Below are positions 9,469 through 18,420 of a stretch of DNA of 54,140 nt, in pieces. Within the stretch, counting starts at the first letter, position 1. Each line of letters begins with the position of its first letter. Location of the stretch: IMG/VR virus record IMGVR_UViG_3300021579_000009, positions 1-54,140 of that record. One strand, written 5' to 3'. A model generated the notes under the pieces. The model was not told where the DNA came from. It did not search any database and saw nothing but the letters and a program-made list of their open reading frames with translations. This DNA is from a virus. Taxonomy: Duplodnaviria > Caudoviricetes. The translations under genes and the position numbers were made by a program.

Positions 9469-9663
9469 TCAGACAACGCTGGTCGAAGTGATGTCTACTT
9501 GCAAGTCTGCTGTGCCACGCAGAGACCCTGGACGAAATCTTGCGAACACCGCGGAGCCTCTTGCTTCAGTATTCATGCGCTTCGTGAATGCTTGCACGTT
9601 CTTATTTCGAGCCGCTACTTTTCGCATATTCAAAGCAGCCTCAATGTGTTTCCAAGTTGCCAT
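9469..9663 (-). CDS. Small hypothetical protein resembling the C-terminus of 4040-4945
   Basis: 64 aa with GAGG RBS; shares an EAxGSAVxA motif with the 301-aa protein. Confidence 0.6.
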   Translation of the reverse strand: MATWKHIEAALNMRKVAARNKNVQAFTKRMNTEARGSAVFARFRPGSLRGTADLQVDITSTSVV

Positions 9664-9678
9664 TTAGAAGTCCTCTCG

Positions 9679-9709
9679 AAAAAGACTGGGAGCGGTAAAG
9701 CTCCCAGCC
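9679..9709 (-). terminator. Rho-independent terminator after the capsid genes
   Basis: Minus strand reads GGCTGGGAGC-tttacc-GCTCCCAGTC-TTTTT. Confidence 0.7.
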
Positions 9710-9725
9710 AAGTTGCCAAGCCAAA

Positions 9726-10016
9726 TTAATCGCTGTTGATAGAGCCAGCGGCCAACGCATTTGACGTGTCGACCACACCATCAACCGGAGGCGAAGCCGT
9801 CAAGTCTCGGGTGTTAGAGCGAACGATTTGGACACCCCAGGTAGACGAGCTGGATACAAGAATCCAGTCGCCAGCTTGTAAGATATCCGAAGCGTCATTG
9901 AAGTAGCCCGAACCGTCGACAGTCGTCAACGCATCCGTGGTGGCATAGGTGAAAATGGTTGGCGCATTCGAGTTCTGCGGGCCAACTCGATGCAGTTTTG
10001 TACGATCGTAAGACAT
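9726..10016 (-). CDS. Small capsid-associated protein
   Basis: 96 aa directly after the major capsid gene; GYFNDA...L..GD.I motif; GAGG RBS. Confidence 0.6.
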   Translation of the reverse strand: MSYDRTKLHRVGPQNSNAPTIFTYATTDALTTVDGSGYFNDASDILQAGDWILVSSSSTWGVQIVRSNTRDLTASPPVDGVVDTSNALAAGSINSD

Positions 10017-10033
10017 TGAGAAATACCTCTGAA

Positions 10034-10075
10034 AAGAAAAATTGTTGAAGCTGAGACGGCCGAAGCCGTCTCAGC
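10034..10075 (-). terminator. Hairpin after the major capsid gene (leaky terminator or stability element)
   Basis: Perfect 11-bp stem GCTGAGACGGC-TTCG-GCCGTCTCAGC, followed by an interrupted U-tract (TTCAACAATTTTTCTT). Confidence 0.65.
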
Positions 10076-10085
10076 CTGAAGCGGA

Positions 10086-10964
10086 TTAGGCTTCGTACGA
10101 TTGGACTTCCACAACGCCGTTCGGATCGATAACCGTCGAGCCTGCCTTCAACACACCTTGCGAGAGGTACGCATACCGCTCAGGAATGAAGTCGACACGA
10201 GTCGAGATGTCGATACCTCGGGCCAAGCCGACAGCAGCCTTGTCGTATGCGAAGCACAGACGGATGCTGGTCGAACCGGTAGGCAAACCGCCTTCAGCGC
10301 GGTCTTCAAGCACAATCCAGTTAAAGCCAAAGCAGGTCTTGCCTTGCAGCGTGCCGCCATTTTCCGCGAGGGCCTTCATGCTCTGGTAGTCAGACGAAGT
10401 CACTTCGATTTCTGCCAGCGCGCCTTCCATACCGATTGCGTTCACGACGATCGTGTGCTGAGTTGCATCTGCTTGCTTCGCCGTCAAATAGCGCTTTGCA
10501 CGACGGAGCTTGGTCGCATTGATAGGGCTGTTCGTGCCGCCGAGATCTTCGTCCACCGTGCCCGCGATGCTGGTAGCAGCGTCGAGTGCGTCGATGATGA
10601 GCTGGTCTTCAGCGCGGCCAAGAGCCTTTGCATTCGACTCGGCAAGCGCTGCGCGCTCGTCGACAGTCGTTTCCGCTTGATCGAACAAGTCGGTGTAGTC
10701 ACCAATGCGCCAGTTGGACAACGTCGCCGGCAATTTGGTGTGAGTGTAATCGGCTGGCGTAATCAGCTCGGCAGAGCTGTGCTGCGAAGCAACTTGCGAA
10801 CCGAAACGACGGAAGCTGTACGATTGACCCGTAACGCCGCTCTTGACCATAACGGTTGGAGCGAGGCGGCTGGAGCCTTGGTAGGCCATTTTCACAGCAG
10901 TATCGTAGGAGTAGATCGCCGCATTTGTGCTGGCGGAAGGAGTACCGCCGAGATTGATAGACAT
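10086..10964 (-). CDS. Major capsid protein (T7/BPP-1-like)
   Basis: 292 aa; VKMAYQ.SSRL, ALGRAEDQLII, EVTSSDY and GFNW motifs; follows the scaffold gene. Confidence 0.9.
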   Translation of the reverse strand: MSINLGGTPSASTNAAIYSYDTAVKMAYQGSSRLAPTVMVKSGVTGQSYSFRRFGSQVASQHSSAELITPADYTHTKLPATLSNWRIGDYTDLFDQAETTVDERAALAESNAKALGRAEDQLIIDALDAATSIAGTVDEDLGGTNSPINATKLRRAKRYLTAKQADATQHTIVVNAIGMEGALAEIEVTSSDYQSMKALAENGGTLQGKTCFGFNWIVLEDRAEGGLPTGSTSIRLCFAYDKAAVGLARGIDISTRVDFIPERYAYLSQGVLKAGSTVIDPNGVVEVQSYEA

Positions 10965-11193
10965 GGTTGGACCTCAAAAGAGAATTGAATGGATTTATAG
11001 TTTTCGGGATTTCCACCCTATTCGCGATCGATTGGGGTCCCGCTCTTGGTAGACCGGCCCTTTCTCTCACTCATGCACGTATCGGATGCACCTACGCCAG
11101 TATCACATCGGCTCTTTCGAGGTCCCGACAGATTGACTGGAATCTTTCGATTTCTCGGTGGCACTCTTCCGAATGCCACCTGAAAATCAAAGG
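10965..11193 (-). promoter_or_regulatory. Structured 5' leader of the major capsid gene
   Basis: About 230 nt intergenic; stems GGTGGCA/TGCCACC, AATC-GAAA-GATT and TCGG-GAC-CTC-GAAA-GAG-CCGA nested in CCAGT/ACTGG. Confidence 0.5.
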
Positions 11194-12066
11194 CTACTGA
11201 TTCGCCGCTGACTGGTGGTAAGCCAGGTTCGCTGCTTCGACTTTCTTGCGGTACTCTTGGTCGACCATGTAAAGCAGTCGGCCATTCGCATCGCGCTTCT
11301 CCATCATCGCCTTCACGCCGTCGAGGCCAGTAGGCTGCGCAGCCATCACATCGGCGCCGGGCTTCGGCAAAGTTACTTGGCGCGTCTTGTTGATCGCCGC
11401 CTCAATCACTTTGAAAGCTGCCGCCGCGGTGCGCCCCGAGGTTGCTTCGCGAAGTGCTGCGTACTCCTCGGCCGCCAAGTTGGCTTTCGCCCAACCTGCG
11501 ATCGCATTGATGCGGTCGTCTGCGTTCGGGCCGAGTTCTTGCTTCACTACGTTCAAGTCTACGACCTGCGCTGCTTCGTACTGTGAAAGCATGCCGATCA
11601 ATTCTTGGTAGCCTTCCTGGCTAAGTTGACTCTTGTTCGCCCAGGCTTGGAACTCATTAAGCAATGGATGATCGTTTACGAGTTCTAGGCCGATGCCATC
11701 AGGCATCTTGAATTCATACTTGCCGTCTTTCGGGGCGCCAACGAATGCGCCAAAGCGCTTCGCTAATTCTGGATACGCTTGCGCTTGCGCTTCCACTGTC
11801 TTGTACTTGTCAGCTAAGTACCAGGAAGGCATCTCGCCCTTACCGGGTGTGCCGTCCGCATAAAACCACGTTGCTTCAGCCGGAGGCGTTGCCGGTGCTG
11901 TTGCCGGTGTTTGCTCTGCCGCTGCTGCAGCTGGTGCTGCGTCGTTTGCCGGCATGAGTGATTCTGTCGTTGCAGCTGCAGGGGCGGCTGCCGTTACGGT
12001 GGCTGCTGGCGCTGCGGCTGCAGGTGTGGCTTCTGCCGCTGCAGGTGTCGTTGCTTCAGTTGTCAT
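11194..12066 (-). CDS. Capsid assembly scaffolding protein
   Basis: Ala/Pro/Thr-rich N-terminus, AY.EL.KRFG motif, C-terminal Y..D.EYRKKVE; lies between portal and capsid genes. Confidence 0.85.
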   Translation of the reverse strand: MTTEATTPAAAEATPAAAAPAATVTAAAPAAATTESLMPANDAAPAAAAAEQTPATAPATPPAEATWFYADGTPGKGEMPSWYLADKYKTVEAQAQAYPELAKRFGAFVGAPKDGKYEFKMPDGIGLELVNDHPLLNEFQAWANKSQLSQEGYQELIGMLSQYEAAQVVDLNVVKQELGPNADDRINAIAGWAKANLAAEEYAALREATSGRTAAAAFKVIEAAINKTRQVTLPKPGADVMAAQPTGLDGVKAMMEKRDANGRLLYMVDQEYRKKVEAANLAYHQSAANQ

Positions 12067-12353
12067 TTCAATTTTCCTTCGTTCTGTGCGAACTCTATCT
12101 GTTCATGGATGCCCTCGACAAAGTCTCGAAGGGCGTTGTGTGCCGCATAAACTTGCAAAGACGAGTCTGCGGCGATGCGACGGCGCCGCAGTGTCTTATC
12201 CCAAATGGAAAGTAACTCTCGGCATCGCGCATCTTCCTTGAACACGAGATAAAGTCTCGCGACATCAAGCGCCTTCTGGCGCTGCATTTCCCTGCTGGCT
12301 GACGGCAATGAATCTCGCGCGTCGCCATCCATCCAACTAACTTCTCCGGACAT
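12063..12353 (-). CDS. Small protein between portal and scaffold (Bbp19-like)
   Basis: 96 aa; Y.VF.....RELL and A.HNALRDFV pattern plus synteny. Confidence 0.55.
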   Translation of the reverse strand: MSGEVSWMDGDARDSLPSASREMQRQKALDVARLYLVFKEDARCRELLSIWDKTLRRRRIAADSSLQVYAAHNALRDFVEGIHEQIEFAQNEGKLK

Positions 12354-12356
12354 CGA

Positions 12357-13943
12357 CTACGCTCCTGGCGGTGGCGCCTCTGCAGTTTGCTGCGGGTTCT
12401 GGGCTTGCATTTGTGACTGCATCACAAGCGCGGCGCGCTGTTGCATTTCCTGCTTGTACTGATCGCGCTCGCCTTCGTCACGAATCAGTTCCTCCGGTAC
12501 GCCCTTCATTCGGGCGATCCAACGAGGAATCTCTTCGAGCTTCAAGTTAAGCTCCAAGTTCTGCGGACCGGATCCTTGCGACAGCATGACTGTCTCTTGG
12601 AGGGCCATCACATCTTCTGCCTTCTGTGACTTACTGAATGGCGATGTGTACGAAACAACCACTTGTCGGCCATCAACTTTGAAGGGAGCCATCAAGCCTT
12701 TCTTTTGCAGGATGAATACGCCGCGCGCGATGATCTTGAACAATAGCTCGGACTGGATACGCCCGAACTCGCCGTTCATCGCCCACGAACGATTACGATC
12801 GGAGATGCTAATCTCGGTGGCACTCTTGACTGCGCCTTCACTTGGCTCCGGGCCGATCATCGTGCGGCGCACGCGCTGGCGCAGGCCGTCCATTATCGCT
12901 TCGGTGATCTGGAAGTTACCGCCCACATCTAAGGTGCGCAACGACGGTGAACCATTGTCATTGGACGCTACAGGGATAATCGTGTTTGGCGTCAGTGTTG
13001 CCGTATAGGGGTTCAGAACCCCATCGCTCACACCGGTCATCGGTGGCGCGACGTTCAGCGCGGCATGGCGCAAAACAAATTCTTGCATGCGATCGAGGGT
13101 CTTCGCATCGGGCAAAGCCAGCAATACGCGGCCTCGTCCAAACGTTTCGCCGGTTAGCTTGGTTGCCCGAGCCACAATGCCAGGGCAGCTTTGGCCGTAG
13201 TCATAGCGCCATACGATCTTTTTTTCGGCTGCTTCAACTACTACACCATAGTAATGCTTGTTCGTTGGATTGTAAAGCTCCATCTGAACAAAATCGAATT
13301 CTTTATCTGGATCAGCCTTATAGGCGTCCTGCACAGAGGCCGATAAGTCTTCGAGCAGCATGCCTTCGTACAAACGAAGCACATTGCGCGCTTTGACTTT
13401 GCGGCACATGAACTTCGACTCAACCGAACCGTCGGGGCCTTCTTCGATCTCGATCGCCGATAGCGGCACCGATGAAAACTGGAAGGGGTGATCACGATCG
13501 CCTTCGTCGAAGTTGATGGCACATGTGCCGATCATCAAGTCAAGCGCGGCTTCGCCGATCACAGTGTTAAAGTTGCTGCCGTTCAAAAAGCCAAAGAATG
13601 TTTCCGTTGCTTTCTGCAGGCCGTCTAAAATCTCGGGGGTGATTGCGTCCTTCGGGATCGCAGGACCAGGAGATAGCTCAGCCCAGCGTGTCCAAGAAGG
13701 AAACAATAAAGCTACCGTCGTGTTCGCCGCCGTGTATGCTGCTTCTTGTAACGTCGAATCGTACAAGAATTGTTTTTGCTGGCCTTCCGTTTGCCACGAA
13801 AAATCTTCGCGCGTTGGCATTGCATACCTGAACGCTTCTTGGTACGTCGAGCGCCAAAGCTCCTTTTTTTGCCGCGCTTTTTCGCGGCGTTTAAGTAGCT
13901 GTTCTGCGTCTTCAAGCCCTGGAGGGAGCTGGTCAATAAACAT
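12357..13943 (-). CDS. Portal (head-to-tail connector) protein
   Basis: 528 aa; YDST, DL.IGT, GE.FGRG...ALPD.K.L, SATEI and Y.SP motifs of T7 gp8-like portals. Confidence 0.93.
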   Translation of the reverse strand: MFIDQLPPGLEDAEQLLKRREKARQKKELWRSTYQEAFRYAMPTREDFSWQTEGQQKQFLYDSTLQEAAYTAANTTVALLFPSWTRWAELSPGPAIPKDAITPEILDGLQKATETFFGFLNGSNFNTVIGEAALDLMIGTCAINFDEGDRDHPFQFSSVPLSAIEIEEGPDGSVESKFMCRKVKARNVLRLYEGMLLEDLSASVQDAYKADPDKEFDFVQMELYNPTNKHYYGVVVEAAEKKIVWRYDYGQSCPGIVARATKLTGETFGRGRVLLALPDAKTLDRMQEFVLRHAALNVAPPMTGVSDGVLNPYTATLTPNTIIPVASNDNGSPSLRTLDVGGNFQITEAIMDGLRQRVRRTMIGPEPSEGAVKSATEISISDRNRSWAMNGEFGRIQSELLFKIIARGVFILQKKGLMAPFKVDGRQVVVSYTSPFSKSQKAEDVMALQETVMLSQGSGPQNLELNLKLEEIPRWIARMKGVPEELIRDEGERDQYKQEMQQRAALVMQSQMQAQNPQQTAEAPPPGA

Positions 13944-13956
13944 TAGCGCTTAGCCT

Positions 13957-14355
13957 TCATTCTGGTAGCGCTCCAAATTTACCAATAGAGCTTGAGTTGA
14001 ACATGCTGTAAGGTGTGCTGCCGGCCATATTCACCCCTGCACTGCCTGGGGCCGGCGTGGCGCCACCGGGAATACCCGCGCCGCGATTGGCAACGCTTGC
14101 CGTGGTACGCGCTATCGCTGAGCCACGAAACGCACGCGCACCTTGCATGGCGGATAGCAAGCGCTTGCGACGTTCGTTCTCCTGGGCATCCAAGAGCGTC
14201 AACGTTTCCCGCTGCTTCGACTCCATTGCCTGTTGTGCCGGAGTAGGCTCAGGCATTTTGGGGTGCAGCATGTCATCCAGCTGCTGGTTCTTTTCCTTGG
14301 CACTATCAAGTCGGGTAGCCGGGTTTAGATCCCGGCCGATTTGTTTAAAACTCAT
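13957..14355 (-). CDS. Small virion-associated protein upstream of the portal gene
   Basis: 132 aa, Pro/Ala/Gly rich; occupies the position of T7 gp7.3-like genes. Confidence 0.5.
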   Translation of the reverse strand: MSFKQIGRDLNPATRLDSAKEKNQQLDDMLHPKMPEPTPAQQAMESKQRETLTLLDAQENERRKRLLSAMQGARAFRGSAIARTTASVANRGAGIPGGATPAPGSAGVNMAGSTPYSMFNSSSIGKFGALPE

Positions 14356-14360
14356 TGTTG

Positions 14361-14801
14361 TTATCGTAAAACCAGCATGTGGTTATGCGCCCGGATGTAC
14401 TTGTAAAGTTGCCACGGCGTACGAACACGCCACGATTGTATCCCCAAATGAATCTTCACCATCTCAACGCAAGTGATCGGACCGAAGAAGAAATACTCGC
14501 GAATTTGCTTGCGCTTAACGACGGTCTGTACAGACTGAACAGTTAGCTCAATGCCGCGGTCCCAGGGAGCTGTTGGATCGTGGTCGATCTTAGTGTCACA
14601 GTGCTCAAGCCCTGGATCGACTACCAGCCAAAAGCGGTCGTACAATGTTGGCCCGAATTGAATTGGGCGCCACATCTGCACATGTCGAAACTTCGGTTTA
14701 AGTAACTTGTTCCACCACTCATCGTTATCTTCCGACATGTAGATCACGTACCAGTGCACGTGCTCTCTACCGTTCATGTCCAGTAGACTTAGCGGCCCCA
14801 C
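14361..14801 (-). CDS. Hypothetical protein, possible permuted papain-like (NlpC/P60) fold
   Basis: FRHV near the N-terminus and TCVE...TPWQLY near the C-terminus (His before Cys). Confidence 0.45.
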   Translation of the reverse strand: MGPLSLLDMNGREHVHWYVIYMSEDNDEWWNKLLKPKFRHVQMWRPIQFGPTLYDRFWLVVDPGLEHCDTKIDHDPTAPWDRGIELTVQSVQTVVKRKQIREYFFFGPITCVEMVKIHLGIQSWRVRTPWQLYKYIRAHNHMLVLR

Positions 14802-14810
14802 GCGGTTCTC

Positions 14811-16298
14811 CTAAAACTGGTCGTATGGGGTCCAAAGTTTTACTGGTTTGACAGCTTGCCCCTTCGCTGCCCAGTCTGCGTGTGTTGATGTCCCTACTGC
14901 GGCTTTACCTTCGCCGCCGCCGAGCATCAAGTACTCCAGCGCGTCTGCTACGTCGGCATAAGGATGATTCTTTTCCGGTTCTTCGGCGAACCGTTCTTTA
15001 CCGCTGATTTTCAGCTTGCGATAGTGGTACTCGTTGATACACGCCGCTCGCAAGATCTTGCAGTCCGGGTGGATCAGCATCGCCGGCTCGCCGTTGATAA
15101 GCGACCGGAAGCGTCCATCGACAGCCTCGATACGCGTTGCCGGATCGTTGGTCCGCGCGTTGACTACCAGTACGCCTTTGAACACACTTCGGATAACCGA
15201 AGGCATGTCGAGATCGTCTGCGCCTTTCGCACGACCTGCTGGATCGCAAGTGATCTTCTCGATCACGAATCCAGGACGTTCTGTCTCCAAGAATGCTTTT
15301 AGTGCTGTGGCATGTGCTTTAAGCCCCATGCCTTCGCCGACAAACTCCCAACGGATGCGCCATTGGCCGACGTCGGTCTTCTGCGAAATGACGGCCGCAG
15401 GATTGCGTCCGGTATTATCGTAGCCTATCAGCAGCGGCGCATTCTTGTCAAGCTCGAATTCTTTGCAGTGCGTGTTGTCGTTGTACGATACGAACACGGG
15501 CTTGCCCGCGCGCGACGCACCGTACTTGCAGTGCACGTACATGTCCGCATCGTCCTTGGAGTAGTCGCGCAAGGCGTTGATGTAGTACTTTCGCCCTTGC
15601 TCGCGCCGGGCAGGATCGCTGTAAGGAAGCTTCAACGTCTCTGGCGTTTGCTCCAAGTTCTCCAAGTTCTCAGCGTCATCGTCCATGCCGCCGGGCTGCT
15701 TGAAGAACGCATACCCCTTACGCGGGTTCGTCACGAACATGTCGTGAAGTCCCGAGGTAAAGGGCCAGGGGTTCGTGTCCCCGATCCAGCCGTGCCACGT
15801 ACAGCCGCCTAAGTCCGCACCGGGATACCGCCCCGCGCGTCGACCCGCATGAGCCAGGATCGTTAGGTCGATTTCTCGAAGCTCGTTGAACCAGAACCCC
15901 GTGACCTCAAGCGATAACAAATTCGCCACGTCGTCTTCGTCGTCAAGCGCGCGGAAGATAAACTCCGCGTCAACCAACTTGTTCATCCCTTTCGGTTTGA
16001 ACCGCCACCGATGCGTCTTGGTGGTCTTCTCGTAACTCATCCCGGATCCGTTCTGGGGGAACATCTTGAACCACGACTTCATCGTGGTATCGTTCAACTG
16101 CGGACCGGTGTTACGCACGATCGCAAAACGAGTGCGCGCGACGCCGCCAGGGCCGACGTGCTGCTCATAGGCGTGCCGTGCAAGTCGCAGGCAAGAAGCC
16201 GTGGTCTTTGCAGAACCGACAGGCCCCATGATCGCAGCAATTTCGCTGTTGTCTAGACAGAAGGCGCCGGCAACCGGCCCCATAGGGCTAATTGCCAT
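14811..16298 (-). CDS. terL: Terminase large subunit
   Basis: Walker A GPVGSAKT, Walker B-like WFNE, DTNP coupling motif, RNase H-like GYD, DPAG and DVADALEY. Confidence 0.93.
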   Translation of the reverse strand: MAISPMGPVAGAFCLDNSEIAAIMGPVGSAKTTASCLRLARHAYEQHVGPGGVARTRFAIVRNTGPQLNDTTMKSWFKMFPQNGSGMSYEKTTKTHRWRFKPKGMNKLVDAEFIFRALDDEDDVANLLSLEVTGFWFNELREIDLTILAHAGRRAGRYPGADLGGCTWHGWIGDTNPWPFTSGLHDMFVTNPRKGYAFFKQPGGMDDDAENLENLEQTPETLKLPYSDPARREQGRKYYINALRDYSKDDADMYVHCKYGASRAGKPVFVSYNDNTHCKEFELDKNAPLLIGYDNTGRNPAAVISQKTDVGQWRIRWEFVGEGMGLKAHATALKAFLETERPGFVIEKITCDPAGRAKGADDLDMPSVIRSVFKGVLVVNARTNDPATRIEAVDGRFRSLINGEPAMLIHPDCKILRAACINEYHYRKLKISGKERFAEEPEKNHPYADVADALEYLMLGGGEGKAAVGTSTHADWAAKGQAVKPVKLWTPYDQF

Positions 16299-16968
16299 CT
16301 TCAGGCCCCGGCAAGTCGATCGTTACGCCGCGCGGTGTCACGTCGATTACGCCGCCGTCACGTTGAACAACCTGGATGATTAGCGCCGGGCCTTCAGTGA
16401 CACGTCCGCGTCCGTCGTCGTCATTGCCCAGCATCTTCTGGGTCTTCATCAACTGCTCGTTAGCCTTGAGCGCAGTATCCAGTTTGTGCTCGAAGAACCC
16501 CGTTGGGCGTCCTTGAAACAAAATAGGTACGGGCTCTAAAGCCTTTTCCGCGATCTCGTCTGCGCGCATGAGCAACTTGTCCGGGTCAATCACGCGATCG
16601 CGCGCAATTGCCCTCATCACTTTCAGCACGAAAGAATAGTTCTCGTCGCTGTCAGCCCACCGGTTCGCTGTCGCCCGGTGTAAAGGCTCGCCGGCTTTTG
16701 CCTGGACTCTACAAGCATCGGAGACATTGAACCGACAAGCTTTAAGCTGGACCAGAAATTTCTGCTGTCGCGCCGACAATGCGTTCCATGCCTTCTGCAC
16801 GACCTCGTTGCGTTCTTTGCTGTCGGTCGGAATGGGGGTCCCTGAGACGCCGCGCGGCACAAACGCAAGTTCGTCTTCCGGTGCAGGCATCTCGATAGGC
16901 CACTGCTCTTGTGGCTCTAGCCAACTTGTGTCATCCTCAGCGGGCTCATCGAGCCAGTCAGTACTCAT
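16288..16968 (-). CDS. terS: Probable terminase small subunit
   Basis: LSARQQKF..., HTH-like FNVSDAC...HRATANRW and ALKANEQL; overlaps the terL start. Confidence 0.7.
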   Translation of the reverse strand: MSTDWLDEPAEDDTSWLEPQEQWPIEMPAPEDELAFVPRGVSGTPIPTDSKERNEVVQKAWNALSARQQKFLVQLKACRFNVSDACRVQAKAGEPLHRATANRWADSDENYSFVLKVMRAIARDRVIDPDKLLMRADEIAEKALEPVPILFQGRPTGFFEHKLDTALKANEQLMKTQKMLGNDDDGRGRVTEGPALIIQVVQRDGGVIDVTPRGVTIDLPGPEDGN

Positions 16969-17585
16969 CCTGGCAGCAAGATCGATGTACGGCTGCGATG
17001 ATCGCCACGACGAGTGCGTAACGCCGCGACCTCGCGATCGATGATCGCTGGATCCGGTCCGCGCCGTTGGCGAATCATGTTGAAAATATGGGTGACTCGA
17101 TCCTGGTACAGCTCGCGCATGAAATCCTCGCGAGCAGGCTTGCCGTCGGTGTACCGCGCGTTTTTCAGTCTACCCGCCAGTTCCTCTAGGCCATCGACAA
17201 AGTCGGCCCATTCGTGCTTACAGGCGCCCACAACGATCGTTCGGGTGAGCGTCGCCATGTCAAGCGTGCCGAAATTGGTGTTTTCCTTGCGATGGAACGG
17301 CGATGTGGCCTGGACCTCGTACATCTCGACGTCGTCGGATGTGGTGATGTATTTCAGTTCGCCCTTGGCCGTTTGGGTCATCAAGCGCTTGAGCGTTGCA
17401 GGGTTTGCAAGCTTGCGGCGAAAGAAGACGTACTGGCCATCGCAGTCCCAAGCTTTAACCTTACGACCTGCGCGTTTCTGCATTCCATTGCCACGTTTGG
17501 CTTCGCCGCGGATCTTCGATGCAGATTCAATCCGCACCGGGGTCGCAGAATCGTCAAGCCAACTTGTATCGGTCGCGTCAGTCAC
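16965..17585 (-). CDS. Hypothetical protein, first gene of the late region
   Basis: 206 aa; GGAG RBS before GTG; ATGA overlap with terS. Confidence 0.65.
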   Translation of the reverse strand: MTDATDTSWLDDSATPVRIESASKIRGEAKRGNGMQKRAGRKVKAWDCDGQYVFFRRKLANPATLKRLMTQTAKGELKYITTSDDVEMYEVQATSPFHRKENTNFGTLDMATLTRTIVVGACKHEWADFVDGLEELAGRLKNARYTDGKPAREDFMRELYQDRVTHIFNMIRQRRGPDPAIIDREVAALRTRRGDHRSRTSILLPG

Positions 17586-17602
17586 AGGTTTCTCCAGAAT
17601 CG

Positions 17603-17639
17603 AAAAAGAAAATGGCGCGAAGCGTACAACACCGCGCCG
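17603..17639 (-). terminator. Terminator-like hairpin immediately upstream of the late region
   Basis: Minus strand reads GGCGCG-gtgttgtacgctt-CGCGCC-ATTTTCTTTTT. Confidence 0.55.
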
Positions 17640-17810
17640 TCAAGGCTTCTCGCATCCGCGGCCCTGTCTGCGAGCATCGCTGGAACCTGCGGAGAAGGAC
17701 AGGCTCGCAGGGGCTGTTGTGCAGACAGGGCTCTGGATTTTTGTTATCTCGGCTAACCCAGACGTTGAGTGGGGCGCCATAGGGGAGAAATTTTAGTCTC
17801 CCTCACGCTA

Positions 17811-17840
17811 AGTATACCGAGATTTTGCTTTTTAGGGCAA
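17811..17840 (-). promoter_or_regulatory. Sigma70-like promoter facing the late region
   Basis: TTGCCC-N18-TATACT on the minus strand. Confidence 0.5.
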
Positions 17841-18300
17841 TGGAGGGTAGGTAAGTCCTTGATAGGTATAAAAATTTTTCTATTAAGCGTGAAAGTTAAA
17901 AGTTAACAATAATGACTTTGAAGCTCGATTTGGCAAAAATTCTGTGTGGTTGAGAGCGCCTATTTCCCCAAAGTCATTTCGGGAGGCCGGTCTCTCGCGA
18001 GCGCAAAAAGTCGCCTATTACGTGGAAAATCAAGGGCTTAGCTGTGCATAGCTACAGAGCTAGGGGATGTTGTATCAATCCATATGGACATATGATGCGA
18101 TACAAAGTGCATGTTATGTCATGCAAGTAGCCCCGATGCACCTACTCGTGGGCGTTACGGGCGTAACGTGCTTCGTATAAACGCGCTAGAGCGACGATCA
18201 CGCACCGGGAGGTACCTTGTCCTAGCCTCAATCCGCACCGTGTTTCACGAAGTGTTAAATATAATGCAAATTGTTAAATAGAAGTACCATCGCCGGACCT

Positions 18301-18420
18301 AACTGCGTCATGCGTCAAAGGTATTCTTATACCTTTGACGCAGTTGACGCAAGGTTATGTCGTGTCCCAGGGGTGCGTCATGCGTCATTTGACGCACTTT
18401 GACGCACTTTGACGCACCCT
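18301..18420. repeat. Cluster of nine TGCGTCA/TGACGCA heptamers with a 14-bp perfect inverted repeat (candidate origin or packaging site)
   Basis: TGCGTCA at 18304, 18311, 18374 and 18381; TGACGCA at 18336, 18345, 18390, 18400 and 18410; stem 18311-18324 pairs with 18329-18342. Confidence 0.85.

Noticed and set aside
10101-10988. Long antisense ORFs opposite the capsid and other genes (also 17014-17796 and 48386-49220)
   Set aside because: They have no recognisable motifs and are expected from codon bias on the coding strand.
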